Below, in pieces: positions 46,314 to 56,129 of a DNA stretch of 64,000 bases. Made by a program: the position numbers and the translations under genes. Every line of letters begins with the position of its first letter. The first letter of the stretch is position 1. This DNA comes from Candidatus Latescibacterota bacterium (lineage in GTDB: Bacteria; Latescibacterota; CBDCVA01), in NCBI GenBank assembly GCA_965222935.1, contig CBDCVA010000002.1, positions 1,035,442 through 1,099,441 on the forward strand, in the 5' to 3' direction. The notes beneath the pieces are model-generated. The model saw nothing but the letters and a program-made list of their open reading frames with translations, was not told where the DNA came from and made no database searches.

Positions 46314-47504
46314 ATGATGCTTCGGTTCGGATCGTGCGCTTTTGTCCTGGCCATCGCGCTGGCACCCGTCCTGGCGGTGCAGCCTGCGAGAACGGATAGC
46401 GTCTTCTCCGCCAACGGCGTCGGGGTCGAAGTGGACCAGGCGAGCCTGCGTTCACGCGCCCTGGGCGGCGCGGAGATCGCCGCGCTCGACCCCGAGGGTT
46501 TTCCGGGGCGCAACCCGGCGGGCGTACTCGCCTCGGACGGACCCGGCGTGGCCACCTCCTACGTCGGTCAGTGGCGCGAGCTCAAGCCCGCGGCGGGCGA
46601 GCGGACCACGGTCACGGACGGGCGGATCGACTACCTGCGCCTGATCGTTCCCGTCTCTCCGAAGACCGGCCTGGCCTTTGGCCTGACGCCCCTTACACGC
46701 GTCAGCTTCGGCACACGCTACGACCAGACCGTTACCCTGGGGGGGATGCCGACCCACCTGGATATCCAGTGGCACCTGCACGGCGGCCTGAGCGAGGCGG
46801 CCCTGGATATCGCGCGTCGCCTGAGTCGCCGCCTGATCGTCGGACTGCGCGTGGGGAGCGTCTTCGGGCCTCTGAAGGAAAAGTGGGAGCTTTCCGCCTC
46901 TGGAGGCACCACGTTCACCTCGGCCGAAAGCGAGCTGTTGCGCGAGCACCTGGGGTTGCGGGTCAAGTTCGGCGCCATCGCGGAGCTGGCGAAAGGTCTG
47001 ACCGCAGGAGCCATCTACGTGCCGCAGGTGGACATCAACCAGAGGCGGCGCATCAACAAGGTCGCCGGCGAACGCCTCCTGGCGAAGGGCACCTTCGAGA
47101 TGCCAGCGGAGTGGGGTCTGGGCGCGGCGCTCGTTGCCGGGTTCTGGGAGGTGCGCGCGGACGTCTCCCAGACGCGCTGGGCCGGCGCCGAAAACCCCGA
47201 AAGCCAGCTTCGCTTCCGCAACACAATGGCTCTAGCGACGGGAATCCAGCGCCGCCTGCGGCAGCGCGGGCTGGTGGTGGGGATAGGGTACCGCCAGCGC
47301 GAGCTCTATGTGCTCCACCCGGGCGAGACCCGGCCACGGACCGAGCGCTTTATCACCTGGGGCGTGGGCTTCCGCAGCCCCGAGCGCGAGGGAAAGGGCC
47401 GGTTCGGCATCGACATCGCGGCCGAGTACGGCGTTCGGGACAACGAGGGCGGCCTGACCGAACGCGCGCTGCGTCCGGCCGTCTCGTTTGCGCTCTGGCC
47501 CTAA
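46314..47504 (+). CDS. hypothetical secreted protein (possibly beta-barrel)
   Basis: Signal peptide MMLRFGSCAFVLAIALAPVLAVQPA; start 6 nt after the stop of the lipoprotein gene; alternating hydrophobic pattern; family not recognised. Confidence 0.45.
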   Translation: MMLRFGSCAFVLAIALAPVLAVQPARTDSVFSANGVGVEVDQASLRSRALGGAEIAALDPEGFPGRNPAGVLASDGPGVATSYVGQWRELKPAAGERTTVTDGRIDYLRLIVPVSPKTGLAFGLTPLTRVSFGTRYDQTVTLGGMPTHLDIQWHLHGGLSEAALDIARRLSRRLIVGLRVGSVFGPLKEKWELSASGGTTFTSAESELLREHLGLRVKFGAIAELAKGLTAGAIYVPQVDINQRRRINKVAGERLLAKGTFEMPAEWGLGAALVAGFWEVRADVSQTRWAGAENPESQLRFRNTMALATGIQRRLRQRGLVVGIGYRQRELYVLHPGETRPRTERFITWGVGFRSPEREGKGRFGIDIAAEYGVRDNEGGLTERALRPAVSFALWP

Positions 47505-49349
47505 CTATCTCCCAAGGGCCGCAACGCGATCCGCACCCTCGGCATCGCCGAACTGAAGCTCGTAGAGCTTCGCGTAGAGCCCGCCGCGTTCGATGAGCTC
47601 CCGGTGCGTCCCTTGCTCCCGGACACGCCCGCGCCCCAGCACGATGATCTTGTCCGCCGTGCGGATGGTCGAAAGCCGGTGCGCGATGACAAGTGACGTC
47701 CGCCCCGCCATCAACTTCGTCAGCGCGTCCTGGATCAACAACTCCGTCTCGGTGTCAACGCTGCTAGTCGCCTCGTCCAGGACCAGGATGCGCGGGTCGG
47801 CCGCCAGCGCCCGCGCGAAGGCGATGAGCTGCCGCTGCCCCACCGAAAGGAGCGCTCCCCGCTCGCCCAAGGGCGTGTCGTAGCCATCAGGGAGCGCCCG
47901 AATGAACCGATCGGCATTCACGTGGCGCGCCGCGGCCTCCACCCTTTCGCGGCTGATGGCGGGTTTTCCCAGCGTGATGTTGCGAAGGACCGTGTCGCTG
48001 AAGATGAACGGGTCCTGAAGCACGATGGCGAGCTGGGACCTCAGCGCCGGCTTGCTCAATTCGCTGATGTGGGTGCCATCCAACAGGATCGATCCGCGTT
48101 CGATCTCATAAAAGCGACCCAGAAGGCTCGTGATCGTCGTCTTGCCCACACCCGTCGGGCCGACGATGGCCAGCCGGTCGCCTGGCTCAGCGGCGAAGCT
48201 CACGCCCTCGAGGACGGGCTCACCGGGGCTGTAGCTGAAGTGCACGTCGCGGAACTCGATCCTCGCTCCGCCCCCATTCCCGCCCGAGATGGGCGTGAAG
48301 AGTCCGGGGCGGCCCTCGGCGCCGTCGCCTCCAGCCGCTCCGAGACCGGCTTCCTCCGGTTCGTCGAGCAGTGCGAAGATCCGCTCGCTGGCGGCCATCG
48401 CGGCCTGGATGACATTGTAGCGCTCGGTCAAGTTGCGGATGGGCCAGAAGAAGCGGCGCGAATAACCGATGAATGCCACCAGCACTCCCACCTGGAGGGT
48501 GTCCTCGATGGCTCGAAAACCGCCGTACCAGATAATCAGCGCTACGCCCACCGCCTGGAGCACATCCGCCATCGGGATGAACGCCGCGTAGTAGAAGACG
48601 CTGCGGATGAACGCATCGCGGTAGCCCGCGTTAATCGTCCGGTAGCGGTCCAGGTGGTGCCGTTCACGGCAGAAGAGTTGAACGACCCCGATGCCGGTGA
48701 GGGTCTCCTGGGCCAGCGCATTCATCTCAGCGAGCTTGACGCGCGTCTGGCGGTAAGCCACACGGACCAACCGTTTGAACTGCCACAGCGTGAGCGTGAG
48801 CAGCGGCAGAAGCGCCAAGACGACCAGCGCCAGCCGCCAATCGAGCAGGAACATGGCGACGGCGACGCCCACCACGATGAACAGATCTCCCAGGATGGTG
48901 ACCACGCCCGTACTGAAGAGCTCATGCAGCGCCTGGACGTCGGACGTCACGCGCGTCATCACCTGACCAACGGGCCGCTTGTCGAAGAAGCGCTGCTCCA
49001 TCCGCTGAACGTGCTCGAAGATTCCCGCGCGCACGTCGAACATGGCATTCTGTCCGGCCACCTGCGTGATGTAGTTGTGGGCGAAACGCAGCCCGAAGAA
49101 CACCAGGCGCGTCCCCACGTAGATGAGCGCGATGACCCACAGGCCGCGGACATCGCCGTGGGCAATGTGATCGTCGATGGCGACCTTGATCAGGTACGGC
49201 CCCAACAGCTCCAGCGCCGACCCGGCGAACAGAAGCACAAGCGCGACACCCAACTGCGCCGAATACGGCCGCAAGTAGCGCAGGAGCCTCCACGCAAGCT
49301 GCGCGTCGTAGACCTTCTGCTCCTGATCGACCCCGGCGCCCTCGTTCAT
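47505..49349 (-). CDS. ABC transporter ATP-binding/permease fusion protein (type I exporter)
   Basis: Six-helix TMD followed by NBD with Walker A GPTGVGKTT, signature LSVGQRQLIAFARAL, Walker B ILVLDEATSSVD. Confidence 0.9.
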   Translation of the reverse strand: MNEGAGVDQEQKVYDAQLAWRLLRYLRPYSAQLGVALVLLFAGSALELLGPYLIKVAIDDHIAHGDVRGLWVIALIYVGTRLVFFGLRFAHNYITQVAGQNAMFDVRAGIFEHVQRMEQRFFDKRPVGQVMTRVTSDVQALHELFSTGVVTILGDLFIVVGVAVAMFLLDWRLALVVLALLPLLTLTLWQFKRLVRVAYRQTRVKLAEMNALAQETLTGIGVVQLFCRERHHLDRYRTINAGYRDAFIRSVFYYAAFIPMADVLQAVGVALIIWYGGFRAIEDTLQVGVLVAFIGYSRRFFWPIRNLTERYNVIQAAMAASERIFALLDEPEEAGLGAAGGDGAEGRPGLFTPISGGNGGGARIEFRDVHFSYSPGEPVLEGVSFAAEPGDRLAIVGPTGVGKTTITSLLGRFYEIERGSILLDGTHISELSKPALRSQLAIVLQDPFIFSDTVLRNITLGKPAISRERVEAAARHVNADRFIRALPDGYDTPLGERGALLSVGQRQLIAFARALAADPRILVLDEATSSVDTETELLIQDALTKLMAGRTSLVIAHRLSTIRTADKIIVLGRGRVREQGTHRELIERGGLYAKLYELQFGDAEGADRVAALGR

Positions 49350-51148
49350 GCGTGCGCGATTTCCTCCGCCAGCAACTGTTTGCGGTAGAGCGCGGCGTAA
49401 CGCCCGCCCTTCGCCAGAAGCTCCTCGTGCGTCCCCTGCTCGACGATCCGCCCTTCATCGAGGTAAACGATCAGGTCGCAATCCTTGATGGTGGAAATGC
49501 GGTGCGAGACGAAAAGACAGGTTTTGCCCCGGGTCGCTTCCACAAGCCCCGCCAGGATGCGTTCCTCCATCTCTGCGTCAACCTGGCTGAGCGCGTCGTC
49601 GAACAGGAAGATCTCCGGATTGACGAGCAGCGCCCGGGCAATGGCCACACGCTGCTTCTGGCCGCCCGAGAGCGTCACGCCCCGCTCGCCCACTACCTGA
49701 TCGAGTCCATCGGCGAACTGGGCCAGGTCCGCCTCCAGTCCTGCCAGGCGCACGACCTTGTCCACGCGCTCGTCGGACGCCTCGTCAACGCCATAGGTCA
49801 CGTTGCGGCGCACCGTGTCGCTGAAGAGGAACGCTTCCTGCGGAACCGCGCCGATGGAGTGCCGCAGCGCCCGGAGCGAAATCTGCCGCACCGGCGCCCC
49901 TCCGACGGCGATGCTCTCGCCGGCCGCGTCGTACAGGCGCGTCAAGAGCGACAATAGCGTGGACTTGCCCGAGCCCACCGGCCCCACGACCGCCACCCGC
50001 GCACCCTCGGGGAGATTCAGCGTGAGGTCGTGCAGGACGGGTCTGCCGTCATAAGCGAAGGAGAGGCCGCGCAGCGCGATGTCCCCGCGCACGCGTTCTC
50101 CGGACGCCTCCGGCTGCGAATCGGTGATGGTCGGCTCGGCCTCGATGACCTCCCGGATGCGCGCCCAAGAGGCCGCCCCGCGCTCGTAGAGATTCCACAC
50201 CCACCCGATGGAGATCATGGGCCAGATGAGCATGACCAGGTAGCCGTCGAAGGCGACGAACTCTCCCAGGGTCAGCTCGCCCGCGATCACGCGCTGACCG
50301 CCCACGAGCAAGATCAACGCCGCACCCAGTCCACCGATCGTCATGAAAAGCGGCATGAAGATTCCCCGCGCTATCGCCAGTGAGATGCTCCGCTGCACAT
50401 ATTCCCGAGTTACTCCGCGGAACTCCTCGCCCTCGACCGCCTCCATGCCGTAAGCCTTCACCACACGGATGCCCGACAGGTTCTCCTGAACTTTGGTGTT
50501 GATCACGCTGAACTGCTCCTGGACGCGCCGGAACCGCTCGTGGATGGCCCTGCCCAACGTCTTCGCTGCGATGGGGAAAAGCACGAGCGGGATGAGCGAG
50601 ATGACCGTCAGGCTCGGATCAATGACGAGCATGAACGAAAGCGCTGCGACGCCCACGACAATGCCCTCCGACGAGTACATGATCCCCGGACCCAGCATTT
50701 CGCGCACCGCGTCCATGTCATTGGTCAGCCGCGCCATCACGTCGCCCGTCCGCCACCGGTTGTAGAAGGGAGCGTCCAGCCGCAGCAGACGGTTGAAGAG
50801 CATGTTACGCAAGTCGAACTCGATCCGGCGGGAAGCGACGATGGTCGTACGCCGGACGAGGTAGAGGAAGACGCCGTAACCTATCATGGCGCAGACGAGC
50901 AGGACCGCGTAGTCCGCCAACACCGAGCGGTCGAGCCCGCCCTCCAACTCATCGATCGCGGCCCGCACGATCCATGGCACCAGCGCCATCAGTCCATGCG
51001 CGACGGCCGTCGCCGCGAACCCCGCGACGAGCACGCGCCTGTACCGCCAGACGAAGGGGGCCAGACCGCGCAGCTTACGTATCACGGGCGGCTCATCCCA
51101 CCGCTTGCGTCCCGATGCGCGCGAACCCCTCGGCAAACCGGCAGTCAT
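49346..51148 (-). CDS. ABC transporter ATP-binding/permease fusion protein (partner of 47505..49349)
   Basis: Walker A GPVGSGKST, signature LSGGQKQRVAIARALL, Walker B IFLFDDALSQVD. 4-nt overlap with the downstream partner. An alternative GTG start at 51085 would remove the overlap with the upstream gene. Confidence 0.9.
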   Translation of the reverse strand: MTAGLPRGSRASGRKRWDEPPVIRKLRGLAPFVWRYRRVLVAGFAATAVAHGLMALVPWIVRAAIDELEGGLDRSVLADYAVLLVCAMIGYGVFLYLVRRTTIVASRRIEFDLRNMLFNRLLRLDAPFYNRWRTGDVMARLTNDMDAVREMLGPGIMYSSEGIVVGVAALSFMLVIDPSLTVISLIPLVLFPIAAKTLGRAIHERFRRVQEQFSVINTKVQENLSGIRVVKAYGMEAVEGEEFRGVTREYVQRSISLAIARGIFMPLFMTIGGLGAALILLVGGQRVIAGELTLGEFVAFDGYLVMLIWPMISIGWVWNLYERGAASWARIREVIEAEPTITDSQPEASGERVRGDIALRGLSFAYDGRPVLHDLTLNLPEGARVAVVGPVGSGKSTLLSLLTRLYDAAGESIAVGGAPVRQISLRALRHSIGAVPQEAFLFSDTVRRNVTYGVDEASDERVDKVVRLAGLEADLAQFADGLDQVVGERGVTLSGGQKQRVAIARALLVNPEIFLFDDALSQVDAEMEERILAGLVEATRGKTCLFVSHRISTIKDCDLIVYLDEGRIVEQGTHEELLAKGGRYAALYRKQLLAEEIAHA

Positions 51149-51803
51149 CCATCCCCGCCGTGATGTTCGCTTCGAGCGCCCGGTAGCGCGCCAGGACCCC
51201 GTAGCTCTCCGACAACTGAGGTTGCGCGGCCAGCGCCTTCATAGCCTCGACCTTCCTGTCGAAAACCGACGTGATGTCAACATAGAGGTGGGGCAGGAAC
51301 TTCGTGACGGGCGCTGTTCCCAGATGCGCCTCGTAGCAGACCAGATCGGGCCGATCGAACGGCGGGTGCGAGGTCTCGATCCCCGGCGCGCCGCAGTAGC
51401 TGCGGGCCCAGAGGACAGCCTGGGTCGTCTCGAAGTGGTCGGGATGCGTAAAATCGTTGATCCAGTGGCTCAGCACCAGGTCGGGCCGGAATGCTCGGAT
51501 CGTATCGAGAACCTGAAGCCGACGATCCGGCCCCAGTATCAGCGGACTGTCCCCGAAGTCGAAGCAATCGATCTCCGCCCCGAGAATCCCCGCCGCCGCC
51601 TCGATCTCCGCCTTGCGAATCGCTTTGATCTCATGGGGCGTCGGTCGAGGGTCTCTCGCCCAGAGCGTCGCGGATTCGCATCGCTCACCGTAGGTCATGT
51701 CGTACACCTGCACCGTCCCTCCAGCCTCGACGAACCGGATGATCGTGCCCCCGGCGCGAGAGCAGAAGTCGGCCGCGTGGGCGCTGAACACCAGCACCCG
51801 CAT
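51093..51803 (-). CDS. PIG-L/LmbE-family deacetylase-like protein with a non-canonical first metal-binding motif
   Basis: MRVLVFSAHAADF... (canonical families carry AHPDDE) and a downstream HPDH motif (...WINDFTHPDHFETTQAV...). Confidence 0.6.
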   Translation of the reverse strand: MRVLVFSAHAADFCSRAGGTIIRFVEAGGTVQVYDMTYGERCESATLWARDPRPTPHEIKAIRKAEIEAAAGILGAEIDCFDFGDSPLILGPDRRLQVLDTIRAFRPDLVLSHWINDFTHPDHFETTQAVLWARSYCGAPGIETSHPPFDRPDLVCYEAHLGTAPVTKFLPHLYVDITSVFDRKVEAMKALAAQPQLSESYGVLARYRALEANITAGMDDCRFAEGFARIGTQAVG

Positions 51804-52012
51804 TCCTTCGCCGATCATCGCCGCTCCTTAGGTATGATGCCAGACAGAGAGTCAAGGCCACACGGCCTGCGCATACCGCCCCATGATAACCCGTAAGCCA
51901 TACCCGGCGCCAATCGAAGCGCTCGGAAAGCAGGGCCGGCGAGACCGCGCTGAAGCCCGTCATCCAAGCGGCCATCGGAGACTTTTCACGTCTGGACGCG
52001 CCTCAGGGACGC

Positions 52013-52041
52013 TTGACACGCCGCGCGACCCGCCTTAATCA
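52013..52041 (+). promoter_or_regulatory. candidate sigma70-type promoter for the M24 peptidase gene
   Basis: TTGACA (52013-52018), 17-nt spacer, TAATCA (52036-52041); AGGAG RBS at 52066-52070 precedes a TTG start at 52077. Confidence 0.4.
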
Positions 52042-52076
52042 TTCGGCGACGCCCATCCTTGACCCAGGAGGCACGC

Positions 52077-53153
52077 TTGGACCGCATTGCGAAGCTCCTC
52101 GCCTTACTGGCACGCCGCGCCGCGGGCGGTTACGTCACCGGCGTCCGCCAGCATCTTCACTACTTCACGGGCATCTACGATGTGGGCGGGGCCTTGCTCG
52201 TCGCCCCCGGCCGCCAACCGGTTCTGTGCGCCAGCTTCTATGACCGCTACAACGCTATGGATCAGGCCGAGGCCCTGGGCTGTGACGTCGAGATCACCCA
52301 CCCCCCGGACCGCCTCGCGTCGATCGCGGGGCCGATCGCCGAGCGGATCGAGGCCTGGGGGCTGCGATCCGTCCTGCTCGACGGCGCGGGGCGACCGGAG
52401 GGCTTTGCGGAGGTTGCCCCGAGCACCGCGTTCGCTATGGACGACCACGCGGGCTTTGAGATCCGGCGCAAGAAAGAACCCGGGGAGTACGCGATGCTCC
52501 GCAGAGCCTGCAGTATCGCCGATGCGGCCATGGGTGCCATGTTCGCAGCCATCCGCCCCGGTGTTCGCGAGACCGACATCGTTGGCGAAGGGCAGTACGC
52601 GGCACGGCGGCTCGGCAGCGAGTGGGACGCCTTCACATTCCGCATGACGAGCGGGCCGCGTTCGGCCTACCCCGACGGCAACGCCACCGATCGCATCATC
52701 CAGCGAGGCGATATGGGCTTCATCGATGTCGGGATCCTCCACTACGGCTACCTTGGCGATTTCACGCGCAGTTTTGTCGTCGGCGAGCCGATCCCCCTCC
52801 AGACCGAGATCATCAGTGCCGCGACGAACGCCATGCTCGCCGCCCAAGAGGCCGCAAAGCCCGGGATGCCCGCCCGCGACCTGCATCGGGTCTGCGTGGA
52901 CGCCCTCGCCGAAGCCGGCCTGGCCGAGCACTTCTTCCACCACGCCGGCCACGGCCTGGGCCTCGGCGTCGAGCCGCCCATGATCACGCCCGAATCGGAA
53001 GATGTGATGGCGGAGGGGGATTGCTTCACCATCGAGCCCGGTGTCTACATCCGGGGCTTCGGCGGCGCCCGCATGGAGAACGACCTGATCCTGTACGCCG
53101 ACGGGGTCGAGAGCATGACGAAGTTCCCCCTCGACTTCGTTCTGGCCGTATGA
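52077..53153 (+). CDS. M24-family metallopeptidase (Xaa-Pro aminopeptidase/creatinase-like)
   Basis: Pita-bread fold segments (...GDMGFIDVGILHYGYLGDFTRSF..., ...HHAGHGLGLGVEPP..., ...GDCFTIEPGVY...). Start assigned to the TTG at 52077 (the ORF-track start at 52059 is also TTG). Confidence 0.75.
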   Translation: MDRIAKLLALLARRAAGGYVTGVRQHLHYFTGIYDVGGALLVAPGRQPVLCASFYDRYNAMDQAEALGCDVEITHPPDRLASIAGPIAERIEAWGLRSVLLDGAGRPEGFAEVAPSTAFAMDDHAGFEIRRKKEPGEYAMLRRACSIADAAMGAMFAAIRPGVRETDIVGEGQYAARRLGSEWDAFTFRMTSGPRSAYPDGNATDRIIQRGDMGFIDVGILHYGYLGDFTRSFVVGEPIPLQTEIISAATNAMLAAQEAAKPGMPARDLHRVCVDALAEAGLAEHFFHHAGHGLGLGVEPPMITPESEDVMAEGDCFTIEPGVYIRGFGGARMENDLILYADGVESMTKFPLDFVLAV

Positions 53154-53175
53154 TTGTAGCTAGAGGAGCCGTATT

Positions 53176-55017
53176 GTGAGTGCCGCCACGACCTTCGACA
53201 GCACGAAGGACTACCTCTCTTTATTCCTCGCCGACATCGCGCAGGGCAAGACGCAGTTGCCCGACTTCCAGCGTGACTGGCTCTGGGATGACCAGCGCAT
53301 CGTCAGCCTCCTTGCTAGCATTTCGCAGTCCTTCCCGATAGGCGTGGTGATGATGCTTGAGACGGGCAGCGATGCAGTTCGGTTCAAGCTCAGGCCCGTT
53401 GAGGGAGTTCCAGAAGAGTCTATCCGGGCGGAGCCCGAACGGCTCATCCTCGACGGTCAGCAGCGGCTGACGGCGCTGTTCCAGGCACTCCAGTCCGGTA
53501 AGGCGGTGGCCACCAGGGACACGCGGCGCCAGAAGACCTTACGCTGGTATTACCTCGACATGACCAAGGCGCTGAACCAAGACGACGAGCGCGAGAATGC
53601 CATCATCAGTCTTCCCAAGAATCGCCGGACACGCGATTTTCGTGGCAATGTCATTGACGACTACTCTTCGCCGGATAGCGAGTACGCTGCCTGCTTGTTT
53701 CCCCTCGCTAAGGTGTTCAACTACGCGGATTGGCGTTGGGGGTTCAACAAGTACTGGAACTACGCTCCTGAGAAGGGGGAGCTCTTCGATGCCTTCGAGC
53801 AGGAGATCGTCAAACGGTTCGAGCAATATCAGATCCCGCTCATCCTCCTGAAGAAGGGAACCCCGAAGAAAGCGGTCTGCCAGGTCTTTGAGAAGGTCAA
53901 CACTGGCGGGGTGTCTCTGAGCGTCTTCGAGCTGCTCACTGCCACCTATGCTGCCGACAATTTCCGTTTGCGGGAGGACTGGGATGCCCGGCAGAAGCAG
54001 CTCGCCAAGCACCCTGTGCTGGAGGACATTCAGAGCAGCGACTTCCTGCAGGCCGTCACGTTGCTCACGACACGCGACCGACGTGAGAAAGCGCTCGGTC
54101 AAAGCGTTGCTGCGGACAGGGCTCCTGGGATCAATTGCAGGCGAGAGGCAATCCTGGACCTGGAGGACTACGAAGCCTGGGCCGACCACGCGACCGTCGG
54201 TTTCGAAAAAGCTGCGAAACTTCTCTTCAGTCAGAAGCTCTTCGATTCCCGCGATCTTCCCTATCGTACCCAACTCACACCCCTGGCCGCGATCCTAGCG
54301 ACGCTTGGCGACCGATCAGAGAAAGATGGTGTGCGCGCGAAGCTCATCCGCTGGTACTGGTGCGGCGTCTTCGGCGAGTTGTACGGAGGGTCAATCGAAA
54401 CGAGGTTTGCGAACGACCTTCCCGAGGTTCTCGACTGGATCGATGGCGGCCCAGAACCGGCGACGGTCGTTGACGCCAACTTTGCGGCCGTTCGCCTTCT
54501 CACGCTGCGGACACGCAATAGCGCCGCTTACAAGGGCTTGTACGCTCTCTTGCTGCGCAATGGCGCATGGGACTTCCTCTCCGGGGAAACGATCGACGTG
54601 CAGATGTACTCCGATGACAAGATCGATATCCACCACATTTTCCCGAGAGCCTGGTGTCTCGAGAAAGAGGTTGACGCGAACCGGTGCGACAGCATCGTCA
54701 ACAAGACTCCTTTGTCCGCTAGAACCAACCGCATAATCGGCGGAAAGCCCCCCAGCATCTACCTGCCCCGCATACAGAGGCTCGCTGGCATTGACGAGAG
54801 CAGAATGAACCAGATCTTGCAGTCGCACGTGATCGACCCTGAAGCCCCGCGAGCGGACGACTTCGAGGCGTTCTGGAAGAAGCGAGAGGAAGCACTGCTT
54901 GACCGCATCGAGAAGGCGATTGGGAAACCCATCGCGCGGGATATGCCGGTGGCTGAAGCCGAGACAGGAGAAACAGAAGAAGATGAACCGGATGAGGACG
55001 CTGCTCAGGACGACTGA
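53176..55017 (+). CDS. DUF262-DUF1524 two-domain protein (GmrSD/BrxU-like type IV restriction endonuclease family)
   Basis: N-terminal DUF262 hallmarks LPDFQRDWLWDDQRIVSLLASI and ILDGQQRLTAL; C-terminal DUF1524/His-Me-finger-like DIHHIFPRAWC...NKTPLSARTNRIIGGKPP; acidic tail. GTG start with GGAG RBS. G+C visibly lower than neighbours. Confidence 0.7.
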   Translation: MSAATTFDSTKDYLSLFLADIAQGKTQLPDFQRDWLWDDQRIVSLLASISQSFPIGVVMMLETGSDAVRFKLRPVEGVPEESIRAEPERLILDGQQRLTALFQALQSGKAVATRDTRRQKTLRWYYLDMTKALNQDDERENAIISLPKNRRTRDFRGNVIDDYSSPDSEYAACLFPLAKVFNYADWRWGFNKYWNYAPEKGELFDAFEQEIVKRFEQYQIPLILLKKGTPKKAVCQVFEKVNTGGVSLSVFELLTATYAADNFRLREDWDARQKQLAKHPVLEDIQSSDFLQAVTLLTTRDRREKALGQSVAADRAPGINCRREAILDLEDYEAWADHATVGFEKAAKLLFSQKLFDSRDLPYRTQLTPLAAILATLGDRSEKDGVRAKLIRWYWCGVFGELYGGSIETRFANDLPEVLDWIDGGPEPATVVDANFAAVRLLTLRTRNSAAYKGLYALLLRNGAWDFLSGETIDVQMYSDDKIDIHHIFPRAWCLEKEVDANRCDSIVNKTPLSARTNRIIGGKPPSIYLPRIQRLAGIDESRMNQILQSHVIDPEAPRADDFEAFWKKREEALLDRIEKAIGKPIARDMPVAEAETGETEEDEPDEDAAQDD

Positions 55018-55056
55018 TCTGCCACCTAAAGGCGTGGCCATAAAGGAGCGAATGCC

Positions 55057-56094
55057 ATGAAAGCTGTTTACAAAATGCGCCCCGAGCCCGGCGCCATCGA
55101 GGTCCGCGAGGTGACCCCCAAGCCCTTGAGCCCCACCGAGATTCGCATCCAGCCCGTCGGCTCCAATATCTGCGGCTCCGACATCGGAGCCTACCACTAC
55201 GCGCCCGCCTTCCACTACATCAAGCCGCCGTTCATCATGGGCCACGAGTTCGCGGGCACGGTCGTCGAGATCGGCGCCCGCGTCGAGCGCATCAAAGTCG
55301 GCGAGCGCGTCTACCCCGAAGCGGTCAAGTACTGCGGCCATTGCACCCAGTGTAAGCGCGGCAGGACCAACATCTGCCAGAACTTCGTCATCTTCGGGCT
55401 GCACACCGACGGCGGCATGTGCGAGCTGGCGACCTTCGACGAGAAATACGCCCACCGCGTTCCCGAGGGCATGACCCTGGAGCAGGCCACCTACATCGAG
55501 CCTACCTCCGTGGGCGTCCACGCCGTCACGGGCCACGACAATCGATTCGAGGCCCATGACCTCGTCGTCGTCGCCGGCGTGGGGCCCATCGCGCTTCTCG
55601 CCGCCCAGGTCGTCCGAGCCACGCGCACGCCCAATGTCATCACAACGGGACTCGACGTGGATGAGGCCATTCGCTTCCCCATCGCACGGCAGATTGGCCT
55701 GGAACCGGTCAACATCCAAAAGACCGACCTGGCCGAGCTGGTCAATGAGCGGACAGACGGACGCGGAGCCGACGTCTTCGTCGAAGCCTCGGGCGCACCC
55801 CGAGCGATGGTGCAGGGCGTCGAGATTCTCAAGAAGGGCGGCCTGTTCATCATGGTCGGCATCCAGGAGGGCGAGGCCACGATGGCGATGGCCCCGATGA
55901 TCCGCAAGGAGATACGCATTCAGGGGACCATCAGCGGCCACTGGAAGGACTTCGAGGCAGCAGCTCAGCTTATCGCCAAGGGGGATGTCCGGGTGGACCC
56001 GCTCATGGCCCAGTTCCCGATGGAGCGCGTCGAGGACGCCTTTGCGGCCGTGCAGGACCGATCGGTCATCAAAGCGATGGTCGTCCCGGACTAG
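55057..56094 (+). CDS. zinc-dependent alcohol/polyol dehydrogenase (MDR superfamily)
   Basis: CGSDIGAYH, GHEFAG, CGHCTQCKRG, VVAGVGPIALL. Confidence 0.85.
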   Translation: MKAVYKMRPEPGAIEVREVTPKPLSPTEIRIQPVGSNICGSDIGAYHYAPAFHYIKPPFIMGHEFAGTVVEIGARVERIKVGERVYPEAVKYCGHCTQCKRGRTNICQNFVIFGLHTDGGMCELATFDEKYAHRVPEGMTLEQATYIEPTSVGVHAVTGHDNRFEAHDLVVVAGVGPIALLAAQVVRATRTPNVITTGLDVDEAIRFPIARQIGLEPVNIQKTDLAELVNERTDGRGADVFVEASGAPRAMVQGVEILKKGGLFIMVGIQEGEATMAMAPMIRKEIRIQGTISGHWKDFEAAAQLIAKGDVRVDPLMAQFPMERVEDAFAAVQDRSVIKAMVVPD

Positions 56095-56129
56095 GGGCCC
56101 CGGCGCAAGCCTAAAGCGAGGAGAATCCG

